DNA from: Scyliorhinus canicula
Lineage: Eukaryota
Length of the DNA: 64,000 nt
Assembly: GCF_902713615.1 (NCBI RefSeq)
Contig: NC_052151.1
Coordinates: 201,775,703 to 201,839,702, forward strand
Direction: 5' to 3'
Position 1 is the stretch's first letter. Each line of letters starts with the position of its first letter. Positions 12,550 through 24,935 of the stretch are shown here, one piece after another. The notes below the pieces were generated by a model. It did not search any database and was not told the DNA's origin. It saw only the letters and a list, made by a program, of their open reading frames with translations. Position numbers and translations under genes: made by a program.

Positions 12550-15350
12550 AAGATGATCAATGGAGGAATGCTCGGTCTCTGGGCCACCCAAACCTTTAGA
12601 CACTGTCAGTCCCCTCCCCTCGGACTCTTTCCCCCCCTCTCCTCGGACTCTTTTCCCACTCCCCTCCTCGGACTATTCTCTCCCCCCCCTCGGACTCTTC
12701 CCCCCCCCCCCACCCCGGACTCTTTTGCCCCCCTCGGACTCTTCCCCCCCCCACCTCCGAACGCTACCGTCCGACCTCACTTCCCCCTCAGACCTCTCAT
12801 CCCCCTGCCTCCCCAGATACCCTCTCCCCCACAAACTGCTTCTCCTCTGACTAACCCCTCTCCTTCAGGCCACTCCGCTCTGAACCCTCCCCTTACCCTC
12901 AAGACCCCTCTCGCCTCGCCTTGGACCCCTCTTGCTGTGCACTCAAACCTCACCCCTTGCCAACTTCTCCCCCTCCCCCCTTCAGACTTTCCCCTCCTCA
13001 GATCCTCCCATCTCCCAGAAGACTCTCCCTTCGCCCTGAGACCCCTCCCCTCACATTGCACTGCTGTCCACACAGACTGCTGCTATCCTCCAACTGATCC
13101 CCTCCTCCTCACACCCCCCCCTCACACCCCTCCCCCTCGCCTTAGACACCTTCTTTCCCCTCCCTCCACATATACTCTTGCCCCTTCCAACCCCGACTCA
13201 TCCCCTTCCTCACCGGTTCCCTTCCTCTCGAGCGTCTCCCCTCACCAATGCCTTGTCCCCTTCACACACATTGTCCCTTGACAATCCCTCTCAGATGGCT
13301 CCCTCACAAGCCCCACCCACTCTCTCCATCCTCCAGCATCTCCCTTCAAATGACTCCCTTCCCCTCTCAGACCCTCCCCACAGACCCCTCCCAAATCCCC
13401 TTTAGCACCTTCCACACTCTCCCGAGCCTTCCCACCGCTCTCATAGAATTTACAGTGCAGAAGGAGGCTATTCAGCCCATCAAGTCTGTACCTGCCTTTG
13501 GAGAGATCACCCTACCCGAGCACACACCTTCACCCTATCCCTGTAACCCATAACCCCACCCCAACATTTTTTGGACACTAAAGGCAATTTAGCTTGGCCA
13601 ATCCACCTAACCTGCATATTCTTTGGACTGTGGGCGGAACCGGAGCACCCGGAGGAAACCCACAGGCACAGGAAGAATGTGCAGACTCCGCACAGTCTTG
13701 TCTCATCCCCTCTCAATCCCCGCATCCCTCTGACGAATCTCCTCCCCCTCTCAGATCCCTCCAGTGTACTCCCGCCCCCTCTGAGCCATCCACACAGTCT
13801 CCCTCAGACTCCTCCCCCTTTTCTCAAACGTTTCCATCCCCATTTCCCCTCAAAACCTCCAATCTCATTAAAGCCCCTCCTCTCAGACTCCTTCCTCCCA
13901 ACAGATGCCTTTTCTCTCTGATCCTTCCTCAGCCTATCTCTCTCAGACCTCTGCCCTCCATCACAGAATTCTCCCATTTCTTTACCCTCCAGACCCCTTG
14001 CCCACCGCCCCTCTCCTCCCCACTCTACCCTCTCCTATCACTGTCAGGCTCCTCCCCTTCATCAACATTCAGATCCATCCCCTGGAGCCATCCTCGTGCT
14101 TCCCTACATCCTGGGGCTCCCCCTCTCCTCAGACCACTCACCTCCCTCAGGAAGCCTGTCCCCTTCTTCTTCAGGCCCACTCTCTTCCCCTCCTCCCTCA
14201 GACCCACTTCTGTACCTTCAGTTCCAGATAAACCCTCCTCAAACCCAACTCATTCCCACCGCTTCAAAGCCCAACCTCCCTCAGACACTCACCTCCAGCT
14301 CTCTCACAGACTCAAATCACCTATGATGCCTTGCACCATTCCTCCCATCTCCCGACTTCCCTGCCTCCTCCCCTCCTCTCCCTTCAGTCCTCCCTCTTTC
14401 CATTCCACGGGTCATCAACCTCAATTTCCCCAAATTGCATTCCTCCCTCAGGACCTCTCCCGCTCAACTCCCCCCCCCCCCACCTTATACCCAACACATT
14501 CCCTCCCAGCTCAGACACCCTCTTCCACTCCCCTAACACACACCCTCCTTCCCTCCCCTCAGACTCCTCCTCTGCCCAGACACCTGCCATCCCACTTTCT
14601 CCGAGACCCCCTCCCTTCCAACTTCTCCCTGACAACTCCTTTTCTCCCCGCCTCCTTTCCCTTGATAGCACTGCTCCCCAAGATCCCATTCGTCCCCCAT
14701 AATGCCCTGCCCCTCTCCATGAGACCTCTTCCTTCACCGATATCCTTCTCTCCTCCCATTCCCGCGATCCCTCCCCGAGACCCCTTGTCCCTTGCCCTGA
14801 GAGCCCAACCCACTTCCCCTCTGAGACTTCTCCCCGAAGACCCACCCTCCCCTCTGTTGTGATCCCTCCCCTCCACTCCCTGAGAGTCCTTCCCGAGACT
14901 TCGCACCCTAGACGAGGCCCCGTGCTCCACCCTTTCAGAGAACCATCCCAAGTCTTCTCCACTCCCTGAGACCCACAATGCTGCCTGAGAATCGTCACCT
15001 CCCCTGGTGCTCCCTTGAGAGCCCTCTACCCCTCAGACTGCTCTGCCCTGCGACCCCTTCCCATTGATAGTTTTTTACCCTTCCCCAATGCCTCCCTGCA
15101 GGGACTCTAATCCTCGCCTTAAACCTTCGTTCCTGTAGCCAGTCCATCTCCCTCACCAGACCTGTCCAGTCGGGACTCCTCCCTCCCAGAGACTCGTGCA
15201 CCAGGATCCTCGCCGCCCCTCCTACATTCTGGGACTCTAACCCCCATCCTCCTTGACAGCCCTCCTGCTGAGCCCCTCCCCTCAAAACTCTCCCCTTCCC
15301 CAAACATCCTTCCTGAGATCCCAGAAGCCCCATCCCACACTTCGAGCTCA
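12550..15350. repeat. Low-complexity C/T-rich tract (G-rich on gene A sense strand)
   Basis: Near-continuous CCCT/CTCC runs; source of spurious Pro/Gly-rich ORFs. Confidence 0.9.
13440..13700 (-). mobile_element. HE1-like SINE, 5'-truncated
   Basis: GTGCGGAGTCTGCACATTCTTCCTGTG...GGTGGATTGGCCAAGCTAAATTGCC...CTGCACTGTAAATTCTATG on the minus strand. Confidence 0.85.
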
Positions 15351-16080
15351 TCGCACTCATACCCCTCCCTCCACATTTCCCCCTCCCTCCAAATGACCTC
15401 CTCCCTCCACATGTACCTCCTCTCTCCACATCTACCCCCTCCCTCCACATCTACCCCCTCTCTCAACATCTCCCCCCTGCCTCCACATGTATTCCCCCTC
15501 CACGTGAACCCCTCCCTCCACATGGTCAACCCCTCCCTCCACATGGTCCTCCCCTCCCTCCACATACCTATTACCCCTCCACATGTACCCCCTCCCTCCA
15601 CATGTACCCCCTCCACATGTACCCCACTCCCTCCACATGTACCCCCTCCACATGTACCTCCCCTCCACATGTACCCCCCTCCCTCCACATGTACCTAACC
15701 CCCTCCCTCCACATGTACCCACCCCCCTCCCTCCACATGAACCCATCCCCCTCCACATGTACCCCCCCTCCACATGTACCTAACCCCCCTCCACATGTAC
15801 CCATCCCCCTCCACATGTACCTAACCCCCTCCCTCCACATGTACCCACCCCCCTCCACATGTACCCATCCCCCTCCCTCCACATGTGCCCATCCCCCTCC
15901 CTCCACATGTACCCATCCCCCTCCCTCCACATGTACCCATCCCCCTCCCTCCACATGTACCCATCCCCCTCCCTCCACATGTACCCATCCTCCCCTCCAC
16001 ATGTACCCATCCCCCTCCCTCCACATGTACCCATCCCCCTCCCTCCACATGTACCCATCCTCCCCTCCACATGTACCCAT
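15350..16080 (-). repeat. About 20-24-bp minisatellite starting at gene A exon 1 donor
   Basis: Minus-strand unit GTACATGTGGAGGGAGGGGGATGG, decaying with distance from the exon. Confidence 0.92.
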
Positions 16081-16122
16081 CCACAGGAGGATCAGGTGAA
16101 CCAGGACCAGCACCGCCGCCAT
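16077..16122 (-). CDS. Gene A exon 1: signal peptide
   Basis: ATG at 16122 gives MAAVLVLVHLILLWM+G, donor G|GTACAT; phase 1 joins GC of the IgV exon to make Gly in frame. Confidence 0.78.
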
Positions 16123-16129
16123 CCCCCGG

Positions 16130-16445
16130 TCGCACCGACCGTTCCCATGGCAACCAATAAACGGCCAATCAGCGCCCACCATTATCTCCCCCGCACCACC
16201 CCCGTGTCCGTCTCCGTCAATCAGATCGCGCCGATTGCCTCGTGATCACGTGGGCCACTGCCAATCAGAGGGCTTCCGCTGCCTCCCTCACACACCCACG
16301 TGGGACTGGACTAATCAAACGGCTGGTCTGGGGGGGCGCGTGACCTCCCGCCGTCTCACCAGCTTGTGGTTACGGTTGGAAGGGCGCCTTCGGAGTGTTG
16401 TCAGTAACCGTCAGTAGGAGCGCGAGCGTGGAGGACACGTGACTC
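16130..16445. promoter_or_regulatory. CpG-rich promoter of gene A
   Basis: RFX X-box GTTCCCATGGCAAC (16141-16154), several CCAAT/CAATCAG boxes, three CACGTG E-boxes (16247, 16297, 16436), high CpG density. Confidence 0.72.
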
Positions 16446-16479
16446 CACCCCTACCCCCCCCCCCCCCAAACACCAACAA

Positions 16480-17730
16480 CCCTAACATCTACACCCAACC
16501 CTTAACCTGTACACCCTTAACCTTTAACACAACCCTGAACCTCTAAACCATACCCTTAAGCTCTAACATAACCCTTAACATCTACACCTAACCCTTAACC
16601 TCTAACACAACCCCTAACCTCTAACCCATACCACTGACACCTAAACCCCACCCTTAACACCTAAACCCCACCCTCAACACCTAACCCCCACCCTTAATAC
16701 CTAAACCCCACCCTTAACACCTAAACACCACCCTCAACACCTAAACCCCACCCTCAACACCTAACCCCCACCCTTAACACCTAAACCCCACCCTTAACAC
16801 CTAAACCCCACCCTCAACACCTAAACCCCACCCTTAACACCTAAACTCCACCCTTAACACCTAAACCCCACCCTCAAAACCTAAACCCCACCCTTAACAC
16901 CTAAACTCCACCCTCAAAACCTAAACCCCACCCTCAACACCTAAACCCCACCCTCAACACCTAAACCCCACCCTCAACATCTACACCCCACCCTCAACAC
17001 CTAAACCCAACCGTCAACATCTACACCCCACCCTCAACACCTAAACCCCACCCTCAACATCTACACCCCACCCTCAACACCTAAACCCCACCCTCAACAC
17101 CTAAACCCCACCCTCAACATCTACACCCCACCCTCAACACCTAAACCCCACCCTCAAAACCTAAACCCCACCCTTAACACCTAAACCCCACCCTCAACAT
17201 CTACACCCCACCCTCAACACCTAAACCCAACCGTCAACATCTACACCCCACCCTCAACACCTAAACCCCACCCTCAACATCTACACCCCACCCTCAACAC
17301 CTAAACCCCACCCTCAACACCTAAACCCCACCCTCAACATCTACACCCCACCCTCAACATCTACACCCCAGCCTCAACACCTAAACCCCACCCTCAACAT
17401 CTACACCCCACCCTCAACATCTAAACCCCACCCTTAAAACCTAAACCCCACCCTCAACACCTAAACCCCACCCTCAACATCTCAACCCCACCCTCAACAT
17501 CTCAACCCCACCCTCAACATCTCAGCCACACTCCTGATATCTAAACCCCACCCTTAACACCTAAACCCCATCTTTAATACATAAACCCCACCCTTAACAT
17601 CTAAACCCCATCTTTAATACATAAACCCCACCCTTAACATCTAAACCCCATCTTTAATACATAAACCCCACCCTTAACCTCAAAACCCCACCCTCAACAT
17701 GGAAACCCCACCCTTAATACTTAAACCTTT
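16480..17730. repeat. 20-bp C/A-rich tandem repeat
   Basis: Unit CTAAACCCCACCCTCAACAC and variants (CCCTTAA, CTACACCCC). Confidence 0.93.
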
Positions 17731-17899
17731 AACTCCAACAACGATCGTAACCCCCAACCTAAATCTGTCAACCTAACCCTAACCCCCAACCCAATAACCA
17801 AGCTGTCACCTCCAACCCAAACCTTCTTGCGCCGTCATCCCAGCCCTTAACCCAACCCTGAAATCTCAACCCAAAACCTAAACCCTTAACTCCAACAGC

Positions 17900-19470
17900 A
17901 ACTGTAACACCCAACCCAAACCCCTGAAACCCAACTCAAACCTCTCAATCCAACCCAACCCCTTAATCCCAACTCAAACCTCCCAACCCAACACCCAACC
18001 CAACCCCTTAAACCCAACTCAAACCTCCCAACCCAACCCAACCGCTTAAACCCAACTCAAACCTCCCAACCCAACATCCAACCCAACCCCTTAATCCCAA
18101 CTCAAACCTCCCATCCCAACATCCAACCCAACCCCTTAATCCCAACTCAAACCTCTCAATCCAACCCAACCCAACCGCTTAAACCCAACTCAAACCTCCC
18201 AACCCAACATCCAACCCAACCGCTTAAACCCAACTCAAACCTCCCAACCCAACATCCAAACCAACCCCTTAAACCCAACTCAAACCTCCCAACCCAACAT
18301 TCAACCCAACCGCTTAATCCCAACTCAAACCTCCCAACCCAACATCCAACCCAACCCCTGAAACCCAACTCAAACCTCCCAATCCAACCGAACCGCTTAA
18401 ACCCAACTCAAACCTCCCAACCCAACATCCAACCCAACCCCTTAATCCCAACTCAAACCTCCCATCCCAACATCCAACCCAACCCCTTAATCCCAACTCA
18501 AACCTCTCAATCCAACCCAACCCAACCGCTTAAACCCAACTCAAACCTCCCAACCCAACATCCAACCCAACCGCTTAAACCCAACTCAAACCTCCCAACC
18601 CAACATCCAAACCAACCCCTTAAACCCAACTCAAACCTCCCAACCCAACATTCAACCCAACCGCTTAATCCCAACTCAAACCTCCCAACCCAACATCCAA
18701 CCCAACCCCTGAAACCCAACTCAAACCTCCCAATCCAACCGAACCGCTTAAACCCAACTCAAACCTCCCAACCCAACATCCAACCCAACCCCTTAATCCC
18801 AACTCAAACCTCCCATCCCAACATCCAACCCAACCCCTTAATCCCAACTCAAACCTCTCAATCCAACCCAACCCAACCGCTTAAACCCAACTCAAACCTC
18901 CCAACCCAACATCCAACCCAACCGCTTAAACCCAACTCAAACCTCCCAACCCAACATCCAAACCAACCCCTTAAACCCAACTCAAACCTCCCAACCCAAC
19001 ATTCAACCCAACCGCTTAATCCCAACTCAAACCTCCCAACCCAACATCCAACCCAACCCCTGAAACCCAACTCAAACCTCCCAATCCAACCGAACCGCTT
19101 AAACCCAACTCAAACCTCCCAACCCAACATCCAACCCAACCCCTTAAACCCAACTCAAACCTCCCAACCCAACATCCAACCCAACCGCTTAAACCCAACT
19201 CAAACCTCCCAACCCAACATCCAACCCAACCGCTTAAACCCAAATCAAACCTCCCAACCCAACATCCAACCCAACCGCTTAATCCCAACTCAAACCTCCC
19301 AACCCAACATCCAACCCAACCGCTTAAACCCAACTCAAACCTCCCAACCCAACATCCAACCCAACCCCTTAAACCCAACTCAAACCTCCCAACCCAACAT
19401 CCAACCCAACCCCTTAATCCCAACTCAAACCTCCCAACCCAACATCCAACCCAACCCCTTAACCTGAACA
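17900..19470. repeat. About 45-bp C/A-rich tandem repeat with a 351-bp higher-order unit
   Basis: Unit AAACCCAACTCAAACCTCCCAACCCAACATCCAACCCAACCCCTT; identical ORFs recur at 18156, 18507 and 18858. Confidence 0.93.
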
Positions 19471-19509
19471 CCAACAACCTGTCAATACCAACAACACCCC
19501 TAAACAATA

Positions 19510-19800
19510 TGAGAAAGGGCCTGTTCCAAGTGCACCATCACCCGCACAAGAGCAGTGGGAAAGACCTCATCCTGAGTGAGACACAGTCTGAGTGAGAGTA
19601 TTTGGGAATTTGGTGCAAAGTGGGAATTCGGTGCAGAGGGGAAAGAAATGCTCCTTTGCTTTTTGCTTTATAACTTTTCACCCTTCAGCAATCGGGCTTG
19701 CCTTACTGGAGCAATAATAGAGTATTTGGTCAGTATTTCAGCTGCTGTGAGGCACGGGAACCCTGTCAGCCCTGAAGTCACAACAAACCGGTAAGTTGAT
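19510..19800 (+). mobile_element. Probable LINE (CR1) 5' UTR-like segment
   Basis: GAGTGAGACACAGTCTGAGTGAGAGTATTTGGGAATTTGGTGC resembles CR1 5' ends from memory; ends in a GGTAAGT donor-like motif. Assignment uncertain. Confidence 0.3.
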
Positions 19801-19810
19801 TGGCCAGTTT

Positions 19811-21530
19811 TGAATCCCCGATAAGGGGAACGGATAGACAATTGTCGAAATTAAAGAACAAGGTTCATTTCAATACGATTACAATACTCCTCCACTCCCC
19901 TAAGGGTCTGACCGACAGCTAGGCCGGGGTTTTATACAGCTGGGCCTCTCCTTGTAAAACGGAAACACTGCCCCGTGAAAGGGGATGCCCTGCCTGCCTT
20001 GAAGAGGAAGTTCATATTCCAGGGAGGTTCTGGAAAATTGTATGGTCCTAATCCCGGGACCTCCATTTGGTTTATAACACTCCTCCCCCCCCCCCCCCCC
20101 CCAAAGTCTGGAGCAGCATCCATATCGACCGCTTTGCCTGTGGGCTGCCTTCAGGCGTATTTCAGACTGGAGAGTGGCGTTTATGTGACGAGTGTCTGGC
20201 CGGTGACGGAAACGCTGACATGGCCACGAGAGCCGGCACGGACACCTCCGGAGGTGGCAGAATATCCATCGCGGTTTCCAAGTCGGAGCTCGGCGGCTCT
20301 TCATCTGGCATCTCGGTGTCCTCAAATATTACCGCTGAATCCTCGACAACCAGCGAAGCCGGGTGCGTTGCCGCTAACGGGTGGCCGGGGCAGCGGTGAA
20401 GACGGCAGAGCCGGGATCTCTGAATCAACGGCCGGTACAGCAGGAGTATCCAGCACGTGGCTTCAGAGATGGTCCACCGTGGTGATTAAACCCGCGGTCT
20501 GTGCCCTCTATGCTAACCTCCTGCGTCTCTGTAGCGTAGGTCTTTAGATCCTGCGGTACAGCCCTGTGCTGAGCCCAAAATTGCATCACGTGGTAGACAT
20601 GGGATGGCTGAGGGTCAGTCTGGGTCCACCCATGGATGTGGGAAGCCACGAATGGAAGTGAGTCCATAAAATGGAGAGTGACAATGACTTCTCCGGCCAC
20701 CTCTGGTGTAGGTGGCCTGGTCAGCAGGGGCAGAACACTGAACGCGTTGTGTGGAGAATCTTGGTCCCGGAGTGGTGTTCCAACACTTAGTCGTATGCTG
20801 GAAGCAGCAATGCAGATCGCTGGATGCGGGCGGAAGCAATGGGGGGGGGAGGAAATCGCTAGATCTTCCTTGAGCCCAAGGTGGGGCTTACAGTCCGTGA
20901 GAATGGTAAAACTATGCCTGTAGATATATTGATGGAATTTCTTGACCCAGAATAGGACAGCCAAACCTCCTTCTCGATCTGGGCATATCGCTTCTCTGCA
21001 TCGGCTAATGTTCTTGAGGCAAAGATGGGACGTTCAGATCCATCGTCCATTACATGGACCAGCACGGCCCTGAAACCATACGGAGAAGCATTGCAGGTCA
21101 ACAGGATTGGCCTGAATGGGTCGAAGCGAGTTAGCAATCTTGATGAGGATAGTTGTTGTTTATCCTCGACGAAAGACGCTTGCTGCTCTCGGCCCCACTC
21201 CCAGTGTTGCCCCTTCAGCAGACGGTGGAGGGGGGCTAAAGTGGTGGCCAGGTTTGGCAGCAACTTACTCTAGTGGTTTACCAATCCCAGGAATGAACGG
21301 AGTTCCTTCAGGTCACCTGGTACAGAAGCCTGCCGAAATGCTTGTACCTTCTCTTCCATCGGGTGCAAGCCATGACCAAGGTATGTTATTTCGCCGACAT
21401 TGAATACACATTTCACCCGCCAGAGGCGGATGCCGGCATCCTCAAAACGGCCCAGCAACTCGGCCAGGCTTTGTAGGTGCTCCTGGTCGGACGTGCCCAC
21501 CAGAACATTGTCGAGATAGACCGCCATGCA
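19811..21530 (-). mobile_element. Gypsy LTR retrotransposon, 5'-truncated and internally deleted, with PPT and 3' LTR (20079-19811)
   Basis: RT YLDNVLV...LRSFLGLVN, RNase H LTCNASPYG...FASRTLADAEKRYAQIEKE, KFHQYIY..FTILTD; G-run PPT then TGTTATA...GGATTCA with a TATAAAA box; integrase largely missing. Confidence 0.9.
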
Positions 21531-21574
21531 GGGTAGGCCTCACAGGTAGGCCACAAGGGGAAGGAGACACTCAG

Positions 21575-21815
21575 TGTAGCCTGTAGGCCCTCAAACAGTA
21601 GCTACACTATAGGACGGAGAATACATTAGGAGATAATGAGGCCATGTAAAAAAGGCAGTAGTTTAATCATGGATGACTTTAATCTTCATGTAAATTGTGA
21701 AAATCAAATTCGTAGTGGTAGCCATGAGGAAGAATTCATGGCATGTGTTTTGGGACAGTTTCCTCGAACAATGTGCGTGGATCCAACCAGTGATCAGGCT
21801 ATTTTGGATGTTAAT
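21575..21815 (+). mobile_element. CR1 endonuclease fragment
   Basis: (Y)RPSNSSYTIG...SLIMDDFNLHVN...EEEFMAC...DPTSDQAILD, AP-endonuclease motifs. Confidence 0.75.
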
Positions 21816-21825
21816 GTTTAATGAG

Positions 21826-22135
21826 CACAGTAAGAAGTTTTACAACACCAGGTTAAAGTCCAACAGGTTTGTTTCAAACACGAGCTTTCGGAGCACTGCT
21901 CCTTCCTCAGGTGAATGAAGAGGTATGTTCCAGAAACATATATCTAGACAAATTCAAAGATGCCAGACAATGCTTTGAATGTGAGCATTTGCAGGTAATT
22001 AAGTCTTTACAGATCCAGAGATAGGGGTAACCCCAGGTTAAAGAGGTGTGAATTGTCTCAAGCCAGGACAGTTGGTAGGATTTTGCAAGCCCAGGCCAGA
22101 TGGTGGGGGGTGAATGTAATGTGACAATTGGCAGA
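21826..22135 (-). mobile_element. Penelope-like element terminal (pLTR) fragment
   Basis: Minus strand CACCTGAGGAAGGAGCAGTGCTCCGAAAGCTCGTGTTTGAAACAAACCTGTTGGACTTTAACCTGGTGTTGT, characteristic of vertebrate PLE ends. Confidence 0.8.
21873..21919 (-). ncRNA. Minimal type I hammerhead ribozyme
   Basis: Stem I CAC/GTG (extended TTCA/TGAA), core CUGAGGA(+A), stem II GGAGC-AGT-GCTCC, GAA, palindromic AGCU and H17=C. Confidence 0.75.
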
Positions 22136-23689
22136 GGATTGGACCACTGCCAATGTCATGTCCTGATTCAAAAAGGGAGGGAGACAGAAATAGGTGACTA
22201 TAGCCCAACTTAACACCTCTCATTGGGAAAATTTTAGAGTCCACATCACATTTAATAATATATAAAAATATATGTTTAAAGGGTGGTGGTGGTGTAGTGA
22301 TATTACCTCTAACCAGTAATCCAGAGACCCAGGGTAATGCTCTGGGAACCTGTGTTCAAATTGCACCACAGCATAAGAAAAATCTGGAATTAATTTGGCG
22401 ATAACGCTGCAAATGTAGCGGCAATTAGGTCTGGGTAATAAATAATCCCCATCCCTGACAGTAATCCTAATTCTTGACAATAATCCATGACCCTGACCAT
22501 AACCCCAAAACCCCGATGGTAATCCTGAAAAGCCTGGCTGTAATTTCAAACTCTGACTCTGGGCCCGAAACCCAAACACTTGACACCAAACACTCACCAC
22601 AAAATCTGAGCATAAATCCTGACCCCCCAAACCCTAATCACAAATGGTGATTCAAGTGCATGATCCATCTCGGTCTCCTCCAGGGATCCCCAGCATCGCA
22701 GATGTCAGTCTTCAGCCAATTCGATTCACTCCATGGGATGTCAAGAAATGGCTGGAGGCACTGGATACTGCCAAGACGAAGGGCCCTGGCAATACCCCGG
22801 CAATAGCACTGAAGACTTGTGCTCCAGAACCTGCAGCACCCCAAGCCAAGTTGTTCCAGTACAGTTACAATACTGGTATCTACTTGGCAAAGTGGAAAAT
22901 TGCCCAGGTACGTCCTGCGCACAAATAGCAGGACAAATCCAACCCAGCCAATTACCGTCCTATCAGTCTGCTCTCAATCATCATCAACAGCGCTATCAAG
23001 CTGCACTTACTTTGCAATAATCTGCTCAAAGACTCTCAGTTTGCGATCGCCAGGATCACTCAGCCCCTCACCTCATTACAGTCTTGGTTCAAACATGGAC
23101 AAAATAGCTGAACTTCAGAGGTGACGTGAAAGTAACTGCCCTCGACATCAAGGCAACATTTGATCGAGAATGTCATCAAGGAGCCCTAGTGTCACGACAC
23201 CTTGGGCTAGTGCATGGTCAATTCCATCCCCATTTGACCTGGAGTCCCAATACCAATGAATTAACCAATAGTTCTTTGAAATTAATCTGAGGTCTTTGAC
23301 CCTTTGCTACCCAATAATTACAGTCACCAGGTTTGTAAATGTAAACACAATTACTGTTTATTTGTAGCAAGCACTAGAATGAAATATACAGCAAATACGA
23401 CTGGTTAACTAGTATCTAATTGCCAATCCCCACTTTAACTCACCCCCCCCCCCCAGACACACACACACACACAAGACAGACAATCACAGAGGGGTGGAAA
23501 GGGGTAAAAATCGTAAATAAAAGGAAAGAGAGACTTTGTTGCAGACGGTGGCTTTTAGCACACCTTCCTTTACAGAAAACTTACAGGTTAAAGTCTCTGC
23601 AGCTTCTAATGGTCTTCTCTGCAGATTCATTCACTCAGGTTCTCTGCAGTTTCAAGAAGACAGTTCTCGCAGCTTTCTTGGAGAGAGAT

Positions 23690-23935
23690 CATAGAGTCCC
23701 TACAGTGCAGAAGGAGGCCATTTGGCCCATCTTGTTTACACTGACTCTCCGAAAGAGCGCGCTAGCTTGGCCCATGCCCCAACTTTTTCCCGTAACTTCA
23801 TCTAACCTTTTGGACACCAAGGAGCAATTTAGCATGGCCAACCTGCACATCTTTAGACGGTGGGAGGAAACCGGAGCACCCGGAGGAAACTCACACAGAC
23901 ACGTGCAAACTCCACACAGTCACCCAAGACCAAAT
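23690..23935 (-). mobile_element. SINE, truncated
   Basis: HE1-like body and CTGCACTGTAGGGACTCTATG tail on the minus strand. Confidence 0.8.
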
Positions 23936-24349
23936 AGCAGGTTGTAGTCTTTGTTTTGCAGCATTTCTCTGAAAGTTTAGAAATACAGCACTCAGAGCAG
24001 TCTTTCTGGAAAGAGAGAGTTACTCAGCTCTTGCCTCTGTTCCGCCAGGATAAAAACTGAAATTCCCTGGGACTCTGAACGGTATTCCACTGCGATAGGA
24101 TCCAATCACCATATGTTACCGGGCACAGTACAGCCTTTTGGGCCAATTCATTGGCCACCAGCCAATCAACCCATCTCTCTCTGTGTTGCCGACACGTCTA
24201 GTCTCCTGTTCATACTAACACAGACTAGCAAAGGGATCTTTCCTGTAACTTCTGGATTCTGATGCTTTCTTTAAAGACCCATGTCCATTAATCCTGCTTG
24301 ACTTAAAGATACATGTCCATTAATCGTCCATGGATCAAAATGGCCATGA

Positions 24350-24535
24350 TTGGTGGATTGGCCATGATAAATTGCCCTTAGAGTCCAAAATTGCCCTTAG
24401 TGTTGGGTGGGGTTACTGGGTTATGGGGTTATGGGGCTAGGGTGGAGTTGTTGACCTTGGGTAGGGTGCTCTTTCCAAGAGCCGGTGCAGACTCGATGGG
24501 CTGAATGGCCTCCTTCTGCACTGTAAATTCTATGA
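24350..24535 (+). mobile_element. SINE 3' half
   Basis: GGTGGATTGGCCATGATAAATTGCCCTTAG...CTGCACTGTAAATTCTATGA. Confidence 0.8.
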
Positions 24536-24600
24536 AAATAATAACAGCAAAATAAATGAAAATGGAAATAGGGGAATAAACTTATTAGCCCAGTTTTCTA

Positions 24601-24935
24601 GGGCAGCACGGTAGCATAGTGGTTAGCTCAGTTGCTTCACAGCTCTAGGTTCCCAGGTTCGATTCCCGGCTGGGTAACTGTGCGGACTCTGCACGTTCTC
24701 CCCGTGTCTGCGTGGGTTTCCACCGGGTGCTCCGGTTTCCTCCCACAGTCCAAAGATGTGCAGGTTAGGTGGACTGGCCATGCTAAATTGCCCTTAGTGT
24801 CCAAAACATGTTAAGTGGGGCTTACTGGGAAACAGGGATAGGGTAGATAGGTGGGCTTCAGTAGGGTGCTCTTTGTAAGGGCTGACGCAGACTCGATGGG
24901 CCGAATGGCCTCCTTCTGCACTGTAAATTCTGATT
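24601..24935 (+). mobile_element. Full-length HE1-like SINE
   Basis: GGGCAGCACGGTAGCATAGTGG (A box), GGTTCGATTCCC (B box), CR1-type tail. Confidence 0.92.

Noticed and set aside
16480-19470. True or interstitial telomere
   Set aside because: No pure (CCCTAA)n run; units are 20 and 45 bp.
11386-19507. Long Pro/Gly/Trp/Cys-rich ORFs (246, 242, 422, 204, 163 aa etc.)
   Set aside because: Products of low-complexity and tandem repeats lacking stop codons by composition.
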